Below, one piece after another: positions 28,238 through 38,063 of a DNA stretch of 64,000 bases. The stretch is taken from NCBI GenBank assembly GCA_902774115.1, contig CACYHH010000002.1, forward strand, positions 115,894 to 179,893, in the 5' to 3' direction. The stretch is from an uncultured Spirochaetales bacterium (GTDB lineage: Bacteria; UBP6; UBA1177). How positions within the stretch are numbered: the stretch's first letter is position 1; each line of letters starts with the position of its first letter. Under the pieces are notes generated by a model that saw only the letters and a list, made by a program, of their open reading frames with translations, did not search any database and had not been told where the DNA came from. Both the position numbers and the translations under genes were made by a program.

Positions 28238-28897
28238 CTATTTAGAAATATTTTTTGCGTTTCTTACAAGTTCTGCTCTTTCCGATGCGGGTTTGCCGAA
28301 GAAATACGAGCCCATGACAGCGATATCGGCACCTGCTTTGATGACTTCAGGCAGGGTTTTCGCGTTCACGCCGCCATCGACTGAAATTTCGTAGTTAAAG
28401 CCGTATTTTTCGCGGATCTCGGCAACTTTTCTGATTTTTTCGGATGCACTTTTTATGTATTCCTGACCGCCGAAACCGGGATTTACGCTCATCACGAGGA
28501 AAAGGTCGCACAGATCACCGACATAAGGGAGAAAATCGACTGCCGTGTGCGGATTTACCGAAATTCCGGCCTTAAGTCCGAGCCTTTTTATAAACTGGAG
28601 AGTGCGGTGAAGGTGCTGCTCCGTCTCGGCATGAACAGTGATCATTTCGCAGCCCGCATCGGCGAACTTCTGGATGAACTGCGTCGGATTTTCAATCATG
28701 AGGTGCGCATCAAAAGGAAGTTTTACGAGCGGACGGATCTGTTTCACGATCATCGGACCGAAAGTGATGTTCGGAACAAAGTGGCCGTCCATGATGTCGA
28801 GATGGACAAGATCGGCGCCGCTTGTTTCGATTGAACGGATTTCTTCCTCAAGTTTTAAAAAGTCGGCCGAAAGGATCGAAGGAGCGATTTTTATCAT
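28238..28897 (-). CDS. rpe: Ribulose-phosphate 3-epimerase
   Basis: IAPSILSADF, HLDIMDGHFVPN, MSVNPGFGGQ, VDGG. Confidence 0.96.
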   Translation of the reverse strand: MIKIAPSILSADFLKLEEEIRSIETSGADLVHLDIMDGHFVPNITFGPMIVKQIRPLVKLPFDAHLMIENPTQFIQKFADAGCEMITVHAETEQHLHRTLQFIKRLGLKAGISVNPHTAVDFLPYVGDLCDLFLVMSVNPGFGGQEYIKSASEKIRKVAEIREKYGFNYEISVDGGVNAKTLPEVIKAGADIAVMGSYFFGKPASERAELVRNAKNISK

Positions 28898-30207
28898 TTT
28901 ATTTTCCTCATTCTGCAGATGAAAAATATGTCTCTGTTGTCGTCGGGTTCTTTGACTGTAAAATACGATTTCTCCACGGTAAATTCAGGGTGATGTGCGG
29001 AGAAACGCTTGATCTGCTCCAATGTTTCCTCTTTCGTGAAGGTGCATACGGAAAAAACTAAAATGCCGTCTTTTTTCGGATATTTCGCCGCCTGTTCAAG
29101 AATTTTTCCCGAAATAGAAGCCATTTTCGCCGGGTCGTTGTTATTCTTTATCCATTTTGTCTCAGGGTGTCTTCTCACTGTTCCGAGCGCGCTGCAAGGT
29201 GCGTCAAGGAGAACTCTGTCGAAAGCGTTGTGCCATTCCGGGTTGTCTTTTGTCGCGTCGTGGAGTTTCATTCCGATATTTTTCTTTCCGTGCTCAAGGA
29301 CAACATCTGCGAGCATGTTAAGACGGTTTCCGTTGACATCCGCCGCCGTGACGAAGCCTTCATCTCCTGTCAGATACGATGCAAAAAGGGTTTTGCCGCC
29401 CGGAGCAGCGCAGATATCGAGGATTTTGTCGCCCTTTTTTATGTCCATTTCGAGAACCGAAAGCTGCGAAGACTCATCCTGAATGTAGATGTTGTCGAAG
29501 CCTTTCAGCATCGAGAAGTTGACAGCTTTGTTCGTGCAGATTCCGTAGGGACTGAGTTTTGCAGCTTCTGCCGTTGCCCCCTTCGAAACGAGCTTTTCGA
29601 TGATCTGCTGGCGCAAATTTTCGTCGCCTTCGATTCTGAGTGTGATCCCGAGCGGTTTGTTCACGATCTGCAGGTATTCTTCGACATCCTGTCCGACGGT
29701 CTCTGCCTGCGCTTTTATTCTGTCATAAAGCCACTGCGGTACAGAATAATAGGTCTGAAGAAACTCGTCGTGTCTTTCGCCGAAATCGGCTTCCATGTTT
29801 TCACGCGTCGGATTGGAGCGGAGAATTTCACGCAGAATGAAGTTGACGAATCCCGCAGTTTTCTCGTTTCCGCAGCGTTTTGCAAGCTCGGCCGCCTCAA
29901 AAACTATCGTTGCAGCTTCTCTGTTCGACATGAAAAGTATCTGATAAAGCGAAACTCTGATTAGGGAAAGCAGCTCTTTGTCCATCCGTTTCAGCGGTTT
30001 TCTGAAAACTTTTAAAATCCAGAAATCGAGGTGGCTCAAGTGCCGCACCGTGCCGTAAACAAGCTCCGTTATGAAGCGTCTTTTCGGAAAATCGAAAGCC
30101 GAAAGGCTGTCATTAAGAAGTTCGTTCACGAAAAACGACTGGTCAAGCACATCCTGAATCAGAGAACTTGCCACAAGTCTGGGATCTTTTGTCTTTTTAT
30201 TGCTCAC
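28894..30207 (-). CDS. rsmB: 16S rRNA m5C967 methyltransferase (NusB-like + RsmB domains)
   Basis: ELVYGTVR, IQDESSQ, DICAAPGGKT, LDAPCS, FSVCT. Confidence 0.88.
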   Translation of the reverse strand: MSNKKTKDPRLVASSLIQDVLDQSFFVNELLNDSLSAFDFPKRRFITELVYGTVRHLSHLDFWILKVFRKPLKRMDKELLSLIRVSLYQILFMSNREAATIVFEAAELAKRCGNEKTAGFVNFILREILRSNPTRENMEADFGERHDEFLQTYYSVPQWLYDRIKAQAETVGQDVEEYLQIVNKPLGITLRIEGDENLRQQIIEKLVSKGATAEAAKLSPYGICTNKAVNFSMLKGFDNIYIQDESSQLSVLEMDIKKGDKILDICAAPGGKTLFASYLTGDEGFVTAADVNGNRLNMLADVVLEHGKKNIGMKLHDATKDNPEWHNAFDRVLLDAPCSALGTVRRHPETKWIKNNNDPAKMASISGKILEQAAKYPKKDGILVFSVCTFTKEETLEQIKRFSAHHPEFTVEKSYFTVKEPDDNRDIFFICRMRKIK

Positions 30208-30268
30208 GTTTCCTCCGGAATCAAAATCCGGCGGTTTATAGCACAGTTAGGAAAAAAGATGGAATTTT

Positions 30269-31897
30269 TTATTCTTTTTCGTTGATTACTGCAACAGCGT
30301 CAAGGTCGAAACCTGCGCTTATCTCTCCGGTCGGATACGGGTCGTAGATCGGGTCGCCGATTGAATCAAGCTGAGAACCGTCGCCGATAACGTCAACTAT
30401 TTTAACGTGTGTGATCGCGTCAAGATTGACTGTTCCGGCAACGACTTCCGCTTTGTTTTCGAGGTCTGCGAGGTCGAACATATTGCCTTTGCCCTGTTTG
30501 AATTTGCCTGCGAATCCCCAGATCAGGCTTGCATCGTGGGAACCTGTTCCGCCGATTTTTTCAAGTCCGAGATAATAGTGGTCAAATGCAGCAAAGTTTT
30601 CGCCGTCGCTGCTGACTTCAACTGTTCCGAGTTCAAGGAAACCGTCGTTGAAACTGTTTTCGAAAACTGCGAAATCGGCTCCTTCGCCGTCTGTGATCGG
30701 TTTCGCAAAAGTAAGAACTATGCTTCCGCCGTCACCGAGAACGACAACGTCATAGGAATCACCGACAGCTTTTCCGAGAGCTTTTTCCGGAGTCTGCCAG
30801 CTTTCGTCGACACCTGCACCGACAACGTAATTTTCGTAACCGGTTGCCCATGCGACGATTTTTTCATCGTCTTTGTCGATCGGTTCTTCAACAACTGCGA
30901 TGAGTTCAGTCCAGGAATATCCGTTGCATCCTGATGTTTCCGGATCGGTTTTGTCGGCTGTCGTGACTGCGAGAGCTGCTTCTTCGGTTTCTTCCAGTGA
31001 AGCGATCTGACAGTAATAAATTTTTCCGTCTTTTATGACATAGTCAAATCTGCTCCACTTTCCTTCATAACCTGCGAAAGCCAGTTCGTCATCATTGTGA
31101 GCTATTATGAAATTGTCGACGCTGTCAAACTGTGTGATGTGGAAAAGCGAATCGCCCCATTCGGACGGCTGGAACCATGCGGTGTTGGAGATGATGTGGT
31201 TTCCGCCCCATGCGTCTGCGTATCTGCCGATAATTTCAACTGTATCTTTATGCAGTTTTGTCCAAGCGTAACCGGCACATCCTGAATTTGCCGGATCGGT
31301 TTTGTCGGCAGCCGGAGTCGCGAGAGCTTCTTCTTCTGTCTCTTTGTCATAAGCAGTCTGACAATAGTAGATAACACCGTTTTTTATGGTGTAGTCGAAC
31401 CTGCTCCATTTGTCAGGATTCCATGATTTTTCAGAATCGTTCTGAGCAATGATGAAATCCTGCTCGTTGTCATACTGCGAGATGTGATAAAGCGATGTGC
31501 CGTAAGAAGATCTCGAAGTCCATTCAGTTTTTGTAATGACATGGGAAGTGTCAAAATCATCCATGTATTTGCCGATGATTTCAAGAGATCCTTCAGTAGG
31601 TTCGTCAGTAGGCTCATCAGTAGGCTCATCGGTCGGTTCTTCAGTTGGTTCATCGGTAGGTTCATCCGTCGGCTCGCCGGTAGGTTCCGTAGTGGGTTCA
31701 CCGGTAGGATCATTAGTCGGCTCGTTGGTAGGTTCTTCTGTCGGATCATCGGTCGGTTCGGTGTCAGTGTCTTCAACATCCGTGTCATCAACGGTGTCAG
31801 TGTCGGTCGTCTCTTTTTCCTCTTTTTTGCCGCTTCCGCATGAAACTGCAAAAATCAATACAGTGATGATAAACAGTAAAGATAAAGGTTTTTTCAT
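30269..31897 (-). CDS. Cobalamin-riboswitch-associated multidomain lipoprotein
   Basis: FAVSCG lipobox, EPT/DEPT linker, two ~115-aa repeats (EIIG.Y.D...KWSRFDY...YYCQ...ADKTDP..SGC.GY.WT), C-terminal LGDGGSIVLTF..PI.DG.G.DFAVFEN domain. Confidence 0.8.
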   Translation of the reverse strand: MKKPLSLLFIITVLIFAVSCGSGKKEEKETTDTDTVDDTDVEDTDTEPTDDPTEEPTNEPTNDPTGEPTTEPTGEPTDEPTDEPTEEPTDEPTDEPTDEPTEGSLEIIGKYMDDFDTSHVITKTEWTSRSSYGTSLYHISQYDNEQDFIIAQNDSEKSWNPDKWSRFDYTIKNGVIYYCQTAYDKETEEEALATPAADKTDPANSGCAGYAWTKLHKDTVEIIGRYADAWGGNHIISNTAWFQPSEWGDSLFHITQFDSVDNFIIAHNDDELAFAGYEGKWSRFDYVIKDGKIYYCQIASLEETEEAALAVTTADKTDPETSGCNGYSWTELIAVVEEPIDKDDEKIVAWATGYENYVVGAGVDESWQTPEKALGKAVGDSYDVVVLGDGGSIVLTFAKPITDGEGADFAVFENSFNDGFLELGTVEVSSDGENFAAFDHYYLGLEKIGGTGSHDASLIWGFAGKFKQGKGNMFDLADLENKAEVVAGTVNLDAITHVKIVDVIGDGSQLDSIGDPIYDPYPTGEISAGFDLDAVAVINEKE

Positions 31898-31931
31898 TTT
31901 CTCCTCCATCATTTGGAAAGTGAATAAATAC

Positions 31932-31969
31932 GGAAAAATTGTGCAAACCTTGTGAATCGCAATTTTTCC
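31932..31969 (-). terminator. Hairpin in the riboswitch expression platform (possible attenuator)
   Basis: GGAAAAATTG...CAATTTTTCC inverted repeat followed by an AT-rich tract, between aptamer and RBS. Confidence 0.5.
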
Positions 31970-31992
31970 CTCCTCGGGGTACTCATTAACGT

Positions 31993-32082
31993 GATTTGAG
32001 TCTGTGTATCCGGCTTAGCCTTAGGCCTCACGGTTGCGGGACAGCATCGGATTTGCACCGATTTCCGCAGGAAACAAATCGC
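31993..32082 (-). ncRNA. Cobalamin (B12) riboswitch, short form
   Basis: Minus strand GATTTG...GGAAA-TCGGTGCAAATCCGA-TGCTGTCCCGCAACCGTGA-GGCCTAAGGCT-AAGCCGGATAC...CAAATC: T-loop hairpin, CCCGCAAC.GT element, B12-box-like AAGCCGGA and closing stem. Confidence 0.85.
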
Positions 32083-32088
32083 AACGGC

Positions 32089-32116
32089 AATATAGAATGA
32101 AAAAAACGGATGTCAA
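32089..32116 (-). promoter_or_regulatory. Promoter driving the riboswitch leader
   Basis: TTGACA-N16-TATATT immediately 5' of the aptamer. Confidence 0.7.
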
Positions 32117-32141
32117 CTAATGTTTTGTGAAGTTTAAGGAA

Positions 32142-33173
32142 TCAATAATAAATTTTTCCTTTCTTTCCGTAGATGACCCTTGTTCCGTCGGCTCCCGGAA
32201 GGTAAACGGCGTTGGAAAGGTCGTGGTCCGCCGTAAGAACCGCGCCGTCACCGGCGATGAGATTCGGTCCGAGAACGATTTCGCTGCTTTTTTCGATCTC
32301 GCAGTTGTTGCCTATCACTATCGGCGGTTCCTGCTTGATCGGCGGGAAGTTGAGTTTTTTGCCGAGTGCTACGAAAAAGTCTTCGTTTCCGCTGTTGCCG
32401 AAATCTTCATATTTCGTGTGGTAGTAATTGCCGAAAATATCTGTGTCGTCAAAGAATTTGAGCGGAAGTGTGCGGAGAAGTTGGAACGAACAGTCCAAAT
32501 ATCCGTCAGGAGTACCCATATCCCACCAGTTTCCTTTAATGGGGAATGCGTTGAGGTTCCTTCCTGATTTGACTGCCCGCTTGTAGACATAGCTCGTGAT
32601 CGAAACAAAGCAGCCTTTCGGGATGAATTCGAGAAGCTGCGGATTTATGACGTGAATGCCTGTGAAAAGAGCGTTTCCTTCAGGAATCGTATCGTAAATC
32701 GATTCATTGAGCATTCTGACTATTTTGTTGCCGTCGACGCGGATGACTGCGCGCGGATCGTTCTCTGAAGCTGGAAGTATGCCTAAAGTCGCCAGCGAAT
32801 CGGAATGGTTGTGGCTTTCGATCATCTTGTCGAGGTCGAAGTTGAAAATCGTGTCGGAATTTATGACGACGAAAGGCTCTTTTTTGACGAAAGGAGCCAT
32901 TGAAGCGATCGCACCGCCTGTTCCCAGAATCTCTTGTTCGGGGAGATATTCGATGCTGACGCCGTATTTGCTGCCGTTGCCGAGCGCTTTAGCGATCTTT
33001 TCACCGTGGGAGTGAAGGTTTATGTAGATTTCTTTGATCCCGTAGTGCTTCAGAAAGTAGATGTTGTATTCGATCGTCGGACGGTTCAGAACAGGAATGA
33101 GAGGTTTCGGGATGTTGTCTGTGATCGGAGCCATTCTGGTTCCGAAACCTGCGGCTAAAATCAGCGCTTTCAC
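32142..33173 (-). CDS. Sugar-phosphate nucleotidyltransferase (MurU-like)
   Basis: ALILAAGFGTRM, PKPLIPV, LGTGG, VINSD, WWDMGT; coupled to an AmgK-like kinase. Confidence 0.82.
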   Translation of the reverse strand: MKALILAAGFGTRMAPITDNIPKPLIPVLNRPTIEYNIYFLKHYGIKEIYINLHSHGEKIAKALGNGSKYGVSIEYLPEQEILGTGGAIASMAPFVKKEPFVVINSDTIFNFDLDKMIESHNHSDSLATLGILPASENDPRAVIRVDGNKIVRMLNESIYDTIPEGNALFTGIHVINPQLLEFIPKGCFVSITSYVYKRAVKSGRNLNAFPIKGNWWDMGTPDGYLDCSFQLLRTLPLKFFDDTDIFGNYYHTKYEDFGNSGNEDFFVALGKKLNFPPIKQEPPIVIGNNCEIEKSSEIVLGPNLIAGDGAVLTADHDLSNAVYLPGADGTRVIYGKKGKIYY

Positions 33174-34213
33174 TTTGCTCTCCCATTGTCAAATTCAGGA
33201 ATAAAAGGTGCGAGAAGCTCGATGATCTTGTCGAGTTCGAGTTTTATAAGTGCGTCCTTGACATAGCCGAGAGTCGGCAGAATGTACGGAACAAACCATT
33301 CTTTGCCTTTGACCTGATTGAGATATACGAATCTTCCGGCATCTTTCATCTTGCGCTGGAGAGTCTGAATGTAGAAAGCGTGCTCGAAAGTTTCGTAGTC
33401 GTTGAAAACTTCGTGCATAACACCGTTCGTGTTCCAGAAATAGGAAAGCAGCGACGAAAGTTCTTCAGCCGAAAGGGTGACATAGGAATCGCGAAGGAGC
33501 GAAACAAGATCGTAAACCGCAGGAGCCATCAGGGCGTCCTGAAAATCGATGAGATATTTCGTGTCGTCTTTCACCATGATGTTTTTCGACTGGAAATCCC
33601 TGTGCGAAAAGAAATAGGGCAGTGTGTAAAGTTCTTTCGAAATTTTAGTGAAGTATTTTTCAAGTTTCGGCCACAGATTTTTGTAGGGAATATGGTAGAT
33701 TCTTTTAGCGATCATGTATTCGTAAAAATGATAGAACTCGTCCATGAAAAGTTTGGTCGTGAATTTCCTTTTGTCCGCAGGAGTGTCGAATTTCGTGCGG
33801 TCGTAAAGTTTTTTCTGCGTATCTGTGAGCAGATCGAGTGCGTCTTTTATGTATTTGAACTTGTTCTTTCTGTCGTTTTCGATGAGTTTGAACAGGGTAG
33901 TGTCTCCCAGATCTTCAAGAAGCATCGCTTTCTGCTCCGGGATGACTGCAAGGATTCCGGGAACGTTCACGCCGAGACCGTTCAAAAAATCACGGATCGC
34001 GATGAAATCGGTGAAAGAATCGCCGCGCCCGAATTCGCCCGGTTTGATGTTTGCGACTTTCATCATTACGACAGTCGTGTTTTCAAAGCGGATTCTGCAG
34101 TAGGATCTGCCTGAAGCGTCGCCGAAAAGCGGTTCGACGAAAAAATCAAGAACTTTTCTTCCTTTGTAAAGGTTGAGAAGCTGATAAGCCAGAAAATCTG
34201 TTTCGTAATTCAT
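33170..34213 (-). CDS. APH-family phosphotransferase (AmgK-like anomeric MurNAc/GlcNAc kinase)
   Basis: GDASGRSYCR, LLEDLGD, HRDFQSKNIM, IDFQDA, YDLVSLLRD, QRKMKDAGRF. Confidence 0.82.
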   Translation of the reverse strand: MNYETDFLAYQLLNLYKGRKVLDFFVEPLFGDASGRSYCRIRFENTTVVMMKVANIKPGEFGRGDSFTDFIAIRDFLNGLGVNVPGILAVIPEQKAMLLEDLGDTTLFKLIENDRKNKFKYIKDALDLLTDTQKKLYDRTKFDTPADKRKFTTKLFMDEFYHFYEYMIAKRIYHIPYKNLWPKLEKYFTKISKELYTLPYFFSHRDFQSKNIMVKDDTKYLIDFQDALMAPAVYDLVSLLRDSYVTLSAEELSSLLSYFWNTNGVMHEVFNDYETFEHAFYIQTLQRKMKDAGRFVYLNQVKGKEWFVPYILPTLGYVKDALIKLELDKIIELLAPFIPEFDNGRAK

Positions 34214-34824
34214 TATTTTGTCTCCAGCTGGTCGTAAAATTCATAAATTACAGAGAAAAAATAAGGCGTTATAAGCGCACCGGCAATGAATCCGAGCGGC
34301 ATGAAGAGTTGTGCGAGAAGAAACGCCAGCGCAGCGGAAGCATAGAAAATCAGTGAAAACAGGAAAAGGGGGAGTCTGTAGCCGTTTCCTTCGCGAAGGC
34401 TGTCCCACATTGCGTCAACTGCGAATTTCTGCTGGCGCGCAGTGATGAAAAATGTGAACATGAAAACGCTGAAAAGAGCAATGGAAGGAATTACTGCGGC
34501 AACAAAACCGATAAGGAGCAGCGGGAAAAGGAGTATCGAAATGAGAAATCCGTTTTTGAAGCAGCTTAAGAGCAGTTTCGCCGAAGAAAAAGTGTCGTTT
34601 TTCATTCCTTTTGAAGCGCAGACGACCGAATTTGCAAGAAGGATCATAAGGAAACCTTCAAAAATCAGCGTCAGGATAACTCCGGCGGTTATACTGAAAT
34701 GAAAAAAAACGGGCGGAACCGCAATTGCCGCGCCCCATCCTGCGAGTTTCGTGAAATTGGATTTGTACTGAATCCAACCCTGTTCAAAAGCTCCTACAAA
34801 ATCAAGCCCTTCTGTTCTCCGCAT
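34213..34824 (-). CDS. Hypothetical membrane protein
   Basis: Several hydrophobic segments; ATG 34824 behind GGAGG; stop overlaps the next start. Confidence 0.7.
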   Translation of the reverse strand: MRRTEGLDFVGAFEQGWIQYKSNFTKLAGWGAAIAVPPVFFHFSITAGVILTLIFEGFLMILLANSVVCASKGMKNDTFSSAKLLLSCFKNGFLISILLFPLLLIGFVAAVIPSIALFSVFMFTFFITARQQKFAVDAMWDSLREGNGYRLPLFLFSLIFYASAALAFLLAQLFMPLGFIAGALITPYFFSVIYEFYDQLETK

Positions 34825-34908
34825 TACTTCCTCCGCGCGAATATGCAGCATATAAAAAACCAAAGCATCTTATTCTATTGATTTTTTTTTATAAGGCAAA
34901 AAGAACGG

Positions 34909-35466
34909 TCAGTCCGTTACCGAGGCGATAATACTGAGATTGGATCTGACGAGATCGATTTCCTTTTTAGTGAGACCTGCAGTCATTTCCTGAAAGAAGG
35001 CTTCTCCAGCTTTTTTGTATGCTTCGGTCTTGATTTTGATGTCTTTTTCGGAAGTGTCGTTCTGTTTCAGCAGTTCGATTCTTTTCTGCATGGTTTCGTC
35101 GCTGATTTCGTTTAAGGCAAGGTAGCATTTCAGTATTTTTTTCGATTTTTTCATGAAAACTTCAGGTTTGAGTCCCTTGCTTTCAAGGTATCCGTTGATC
35201 TCGCCTTTTCCTTCCTCGATAAGTTTGTATGCAGCACTCGGCGGAACTTCCGCAATTTTTTTGTCATATTTTGCAGTTATTGCATCAATAGTTTTTTTGT
35301 GTTCGGCAAGAAGCATGATATCGGTCTGCGTTATCGTGAGATCGGGTTCCTGTTCAACTGCCGTTTCTTTTTCTTTATGAGAGCAGGAAAAACAGAAAAT
35401 TACCGAAGCGCATAATAAAATTGCGGCGAAAATCGCTTTACTTAAGCAAAAACGAGCTGAATTCAT
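34909..35466 (-). CDS. Hypothetical lipoprotein
   Basis: FCFSC lipobox-like motif, helical body; ATG 35466 behind GGAGG. Confidence 0.65.
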   Translation of the reverse strand: MNSARFCLSKAIFAAILLCASVIFCFSCSHKEKETAVEQEPDLTITQTDIMLLAEHKKTIDAITAKYDKKIAEVPPSAAYKLIEEGKGEINGYLESKGLKPEVFMKKSKKILKCYLALNEISDETMQKRIELLKQNDTSEKDIKIKTEAYKKAGEAFFQEMTAGLTKKEIDLVRSNLSIIASVTD

Positions 35467-35536
35467 CGAACCTCCGAAAAAAAGTCCGTGTATTTTATAT
35501 GAAAACGGCGTAAAGACAAATTTTTGAATCGCGGAC

Positions 35537-35567
35537 AAAAAAAAGAGCCGGACTAAGCGGCCCTTTT
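35537..35567 (-). terminator. Rho-independent terminator after lat
   Basis: AAAAGGGCCG-CTTAGTC-CGGCTCTTTTTTTT on the minus strand. Confidence 0.8.
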
Positions 35568-35587
35568 GAGGTTATAATGGAGATAAC

Positions 35588-37024
35588 TTACTTTTTAGCG
35601 GTAAGAACTCTTTCCATTCTCTTCAAACCTTCTTTGACGTCAGCTTCGGTGATGTCGAGGAACGGTCTGAATCTGATCGAATTGTCGCCGCATGCAAGAA
35701 CGATCATGTTCTCTTTGTTCATGCAGTCGTCGATGAATTTGTTTCTTGCTTCGCCGTCTTTCATATCGAACGCGCAGAGAAGACCTTTGCCGCGGACGTT
35801 GAAGATTTTGCCTTTTGTCTTCTTGGAAAGTGCTTCAAGTCCTTCGAGAAGGATTTTTCCCATTTTCGCTGCGTTCTCGACGAGCTTTTCTTCCTTTATG
35901 ATCTTGAGGTAGCGTGCTGTTCTCTTCATATCGACGATGTTGCCGCCCCAGGTCGAGTTAAGTCTGCTTGATTCAACGAAAACGTTGTTCTTGACCGAAA
36001 GGACTCTGTCGTTTGCAAGGATACCGCAAACCTGGAATTTCTTTCCGAAACAGATGATGTCGGGTTTTACGCCGTAATGTTCGTGAGTCCACCATTTGCC
36101 GCTGAGACCGCCGCCTGCCTGAACTTCGTCGAAGATAAGGAGGAAATCGTATTTGTCAGCGAACTTTCTGAGTTCCTGAATGAACTCTTTTCTGAAGTGG
36201 TTGTCGCCGCCTTCGCCCTGAACCGGTTCAATGATGAGACCGGCGATCTGGCTGCCGAATTTGTCGCATGCGTCCTGGATTTCTTTGCATGCAACTTTCT
36301 CAGCTTCGATGGTCTTCTTCAGATTTTCGCCTTCAAGCGGGAAAATAGCTTTTGGGTTTGTGATTCTCGGCCAGTCGAATTTCGGGAAATACATATATTT
36401 TCTCGGGTCGGAAGTGTTGGTGAGCGAAAGGGTGTAGCCCGTTCTGCCGTGGAAAGCCTGTTTGAAGTGGATGATCTTCATCTCGTTTTCGTCGATTCTG
36501 ACACCCTTCTCAAGGTTCTTTCTGAACTTCCAGTCGAAAGCGGTTTTAAGTGCGTTCTCAACTGCAAGACCGCCGCCGTCAACGAAGAACATCTTCTTCA
36601 TGTAAGCCGGTTTTGCGGTTTCAGCCATAGCTTCAACAAATTCAGCCATAGTCGTGGTGTAGAAGTCGCTGTTGGAGATTTTGTGAAGAGCTACTTCACC
36701 GATCTCTTTGATGAACTCGTCGTTGTGAAGTTTCGGATGGTTGAATCCGATAGGCATTGAAGCGAAGAATGAGAAGAAATCAAGGTACTCTTTGTTGTGT
36801 TTGGCATCGTACATATAGCTGCCGTGGCTTTTTTCGGTATCGACAACCATGTCGTAGCCGTCGCAGAGGATGTACTTGCCGAGGATCTCGTGAACCTGTG
36901 AAGCCTTCATTTCTTTGATTTCAGCCGGTTTTACTTCTTTGACTGTTTTTGCGCAGCATTTCTTTGCGCACGGTTTCTTTGCCGGAGCAGCTTTTGCAGC
37001 CGGGGTCGCTTTCTTTGTTGCCAT
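35588..37024 (-). CDS. lat: L-lysine 6-transaminase (class III aminotransferase)
   Basis: YLDFFSFFAS, AVENALKTAFDWK, AFHGRTGY, EPVQGEGGD, FDEVQ, FGKK, NSTWGGN. Confidence 0.88.
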   Translation of the reverse strand: MATKKATPAAKAAPAKKPCAKKCCAKTVKEVKPAEIKEMKASQVHEILGKYILCDGYDMVVDTEKSHGSYMYDAKHNKEYLDFFSFFASMPIGFNHPKLHNDEFIKEIGEVALHKISNSDFYTTTMAEFVEAMAETAKPAYMKKMFFVDGGGLAVENALKTAFDWKFRKNLEKGVRIDENEMKIIHFKQAFHGRTGYTLSLTNTSDPRKYMYFPKFDWPRITNPKAIFPLEGENLKKTIEAEKVACKEIQDACDKFGSQIAGLIIEPVQGEGGDNHFRKEFIQELRKFADKYDFLLIFDEVQAGGGLSGKWWTHEHYGVKPDIICFGKKFQVCGILANDRVLSVKNNVFVESSRLNSTWGGNIVDMKRTARYLKIIKEEKLVENAAKMGKILLEGLEALSKKTKGKIFNVRGKGLLCAFDMKDGEARNKFIDDCMNKENMIVLACGDNSIRFRPFLDITEADVKEGLKRMERVLTAKK

Positions 37025-37142
37025 TTTCAACTCCTTAAAAAAATTATTAAAAAACGGGACACCAAATTTTACAAAACAAAGAACGTCTGAGACATAATAT
37101 TTTTTTTATTTTATTGCAATAAAAATCTGAAAATGATTTCAG

Positions 37143-37187
37143 ACGTGACGACGTAACGAATGACGTAACGACGTGACGTCGTCACAT
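37143..37187. repeat. Octamer tandem repeat CGTYACGY, mostly in reverse orientation
   Basis: ACGTGACG ACGTAACG aatg ACGTAACG ACGTGACG t CGTCACAT at the cysD stop. Confidence 0.8.
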
Positions 37188-38063
37188 ATACCCTTCTTTC
37201 CGGAGCGTTTCCAGTCCGCCGCCGTCGTCTTTGTCCTGCGCTCTGCCTGAGCGTTCCGCTATTTTGGCGAATTTTCCGCTACGCAATTCTTCGATTATTT
37301 CAGAAACATTTTTTGCGGTGCTTTCGACTGGAAATGTGCACGGGTAACATCCGAGCGAGCGGTATCTTTTCCCTTCGCCGTGGTCGTAGTAAAGCGAAAC
37401 TGTCGGAATTTTTTCCCGTTCGATGTATTCCCAGATGTTGAGTTCGGTCCAGTCGAGAAGCGGATGTATCCTGAGGTGCGTTCCCGGAGCGAAATCGGTC
37501 TTGAACTGGTTCCAGAATTCCGGCGGCTGGTCGCCGATGTTCCATTCGTTCGAGGCGTTTCGCGGTGAAAAGTAGCGTTCCTTCGAGCGGCTTCCTTCCT
37601 CGTCGCTTCTGATTCCGAGGATTATCGCTGTGAACGCTTCATGCGATTTGTCGGTTTCGTAGCAGCCTTTCGCGTGGTTGAAAACATATCTTTTGCCGGT
37701 GCCGTCAAGAGTCGATTTCAGTGCCTGCGTCTTGAGATTGCGGCAGCAGGTTATTCTGTCGGCGTTTCCGTCGGGGAAAGTCGCTTTTTTAGCAAGTGCT
37801 TCTTCGTTGACTCCGACGACCATATTCAGATGCCACTCTTTTGTGAGACGGTCGCGGTATTCGATCATTTCCGGGATCTTGTAGTGTGTGTCGATGTGTA
37901 TGAGCGGAAACGGAACATGACCGAAAAACGCCTTTTTCACGAGCCAGAGCAGAACAGTACTGTCCTTTCCGATCGACCAGAGCATGCCGAGATTTTTGAA
38001 ATTCGCGTAAGATTCCCTGATTATGTGGATCGAAGTCGCCTCAAGGCGGTCAAGGTGTTCCAT
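37182..38063 (-). CDS. cysD: Sulfate adenylyltransferase subunit 2
   Basis: [54 protein letters not shown]. Confidence 0.93.
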   Translation of the reverse strand: MEHLDRLEATSIHIIRESYANFKNLGMLWSIGKDSTVLLWLVKKAFFGHVPFPLIHIDTHYKIPEMIEYRDRLTKEWHLNMVVGVNEEALAKKATFPDGNADRITCCRNLKTQALKSTLDGTGKRYVFNHAKGCYETDKSHEAFTAIILGIRSDEEGSRSKERYFSPRNASNEWNIGDQPPEFWNQFKTDFAPGTHLRIHPLLDWTELNIWEYIEREKIPTVSLYYDHGEGKRYRSLGCYPCTFPVESTAKNVSEIIEELRSGKFAKIAERSGRAQDKDDGGGLETLRKEGYM

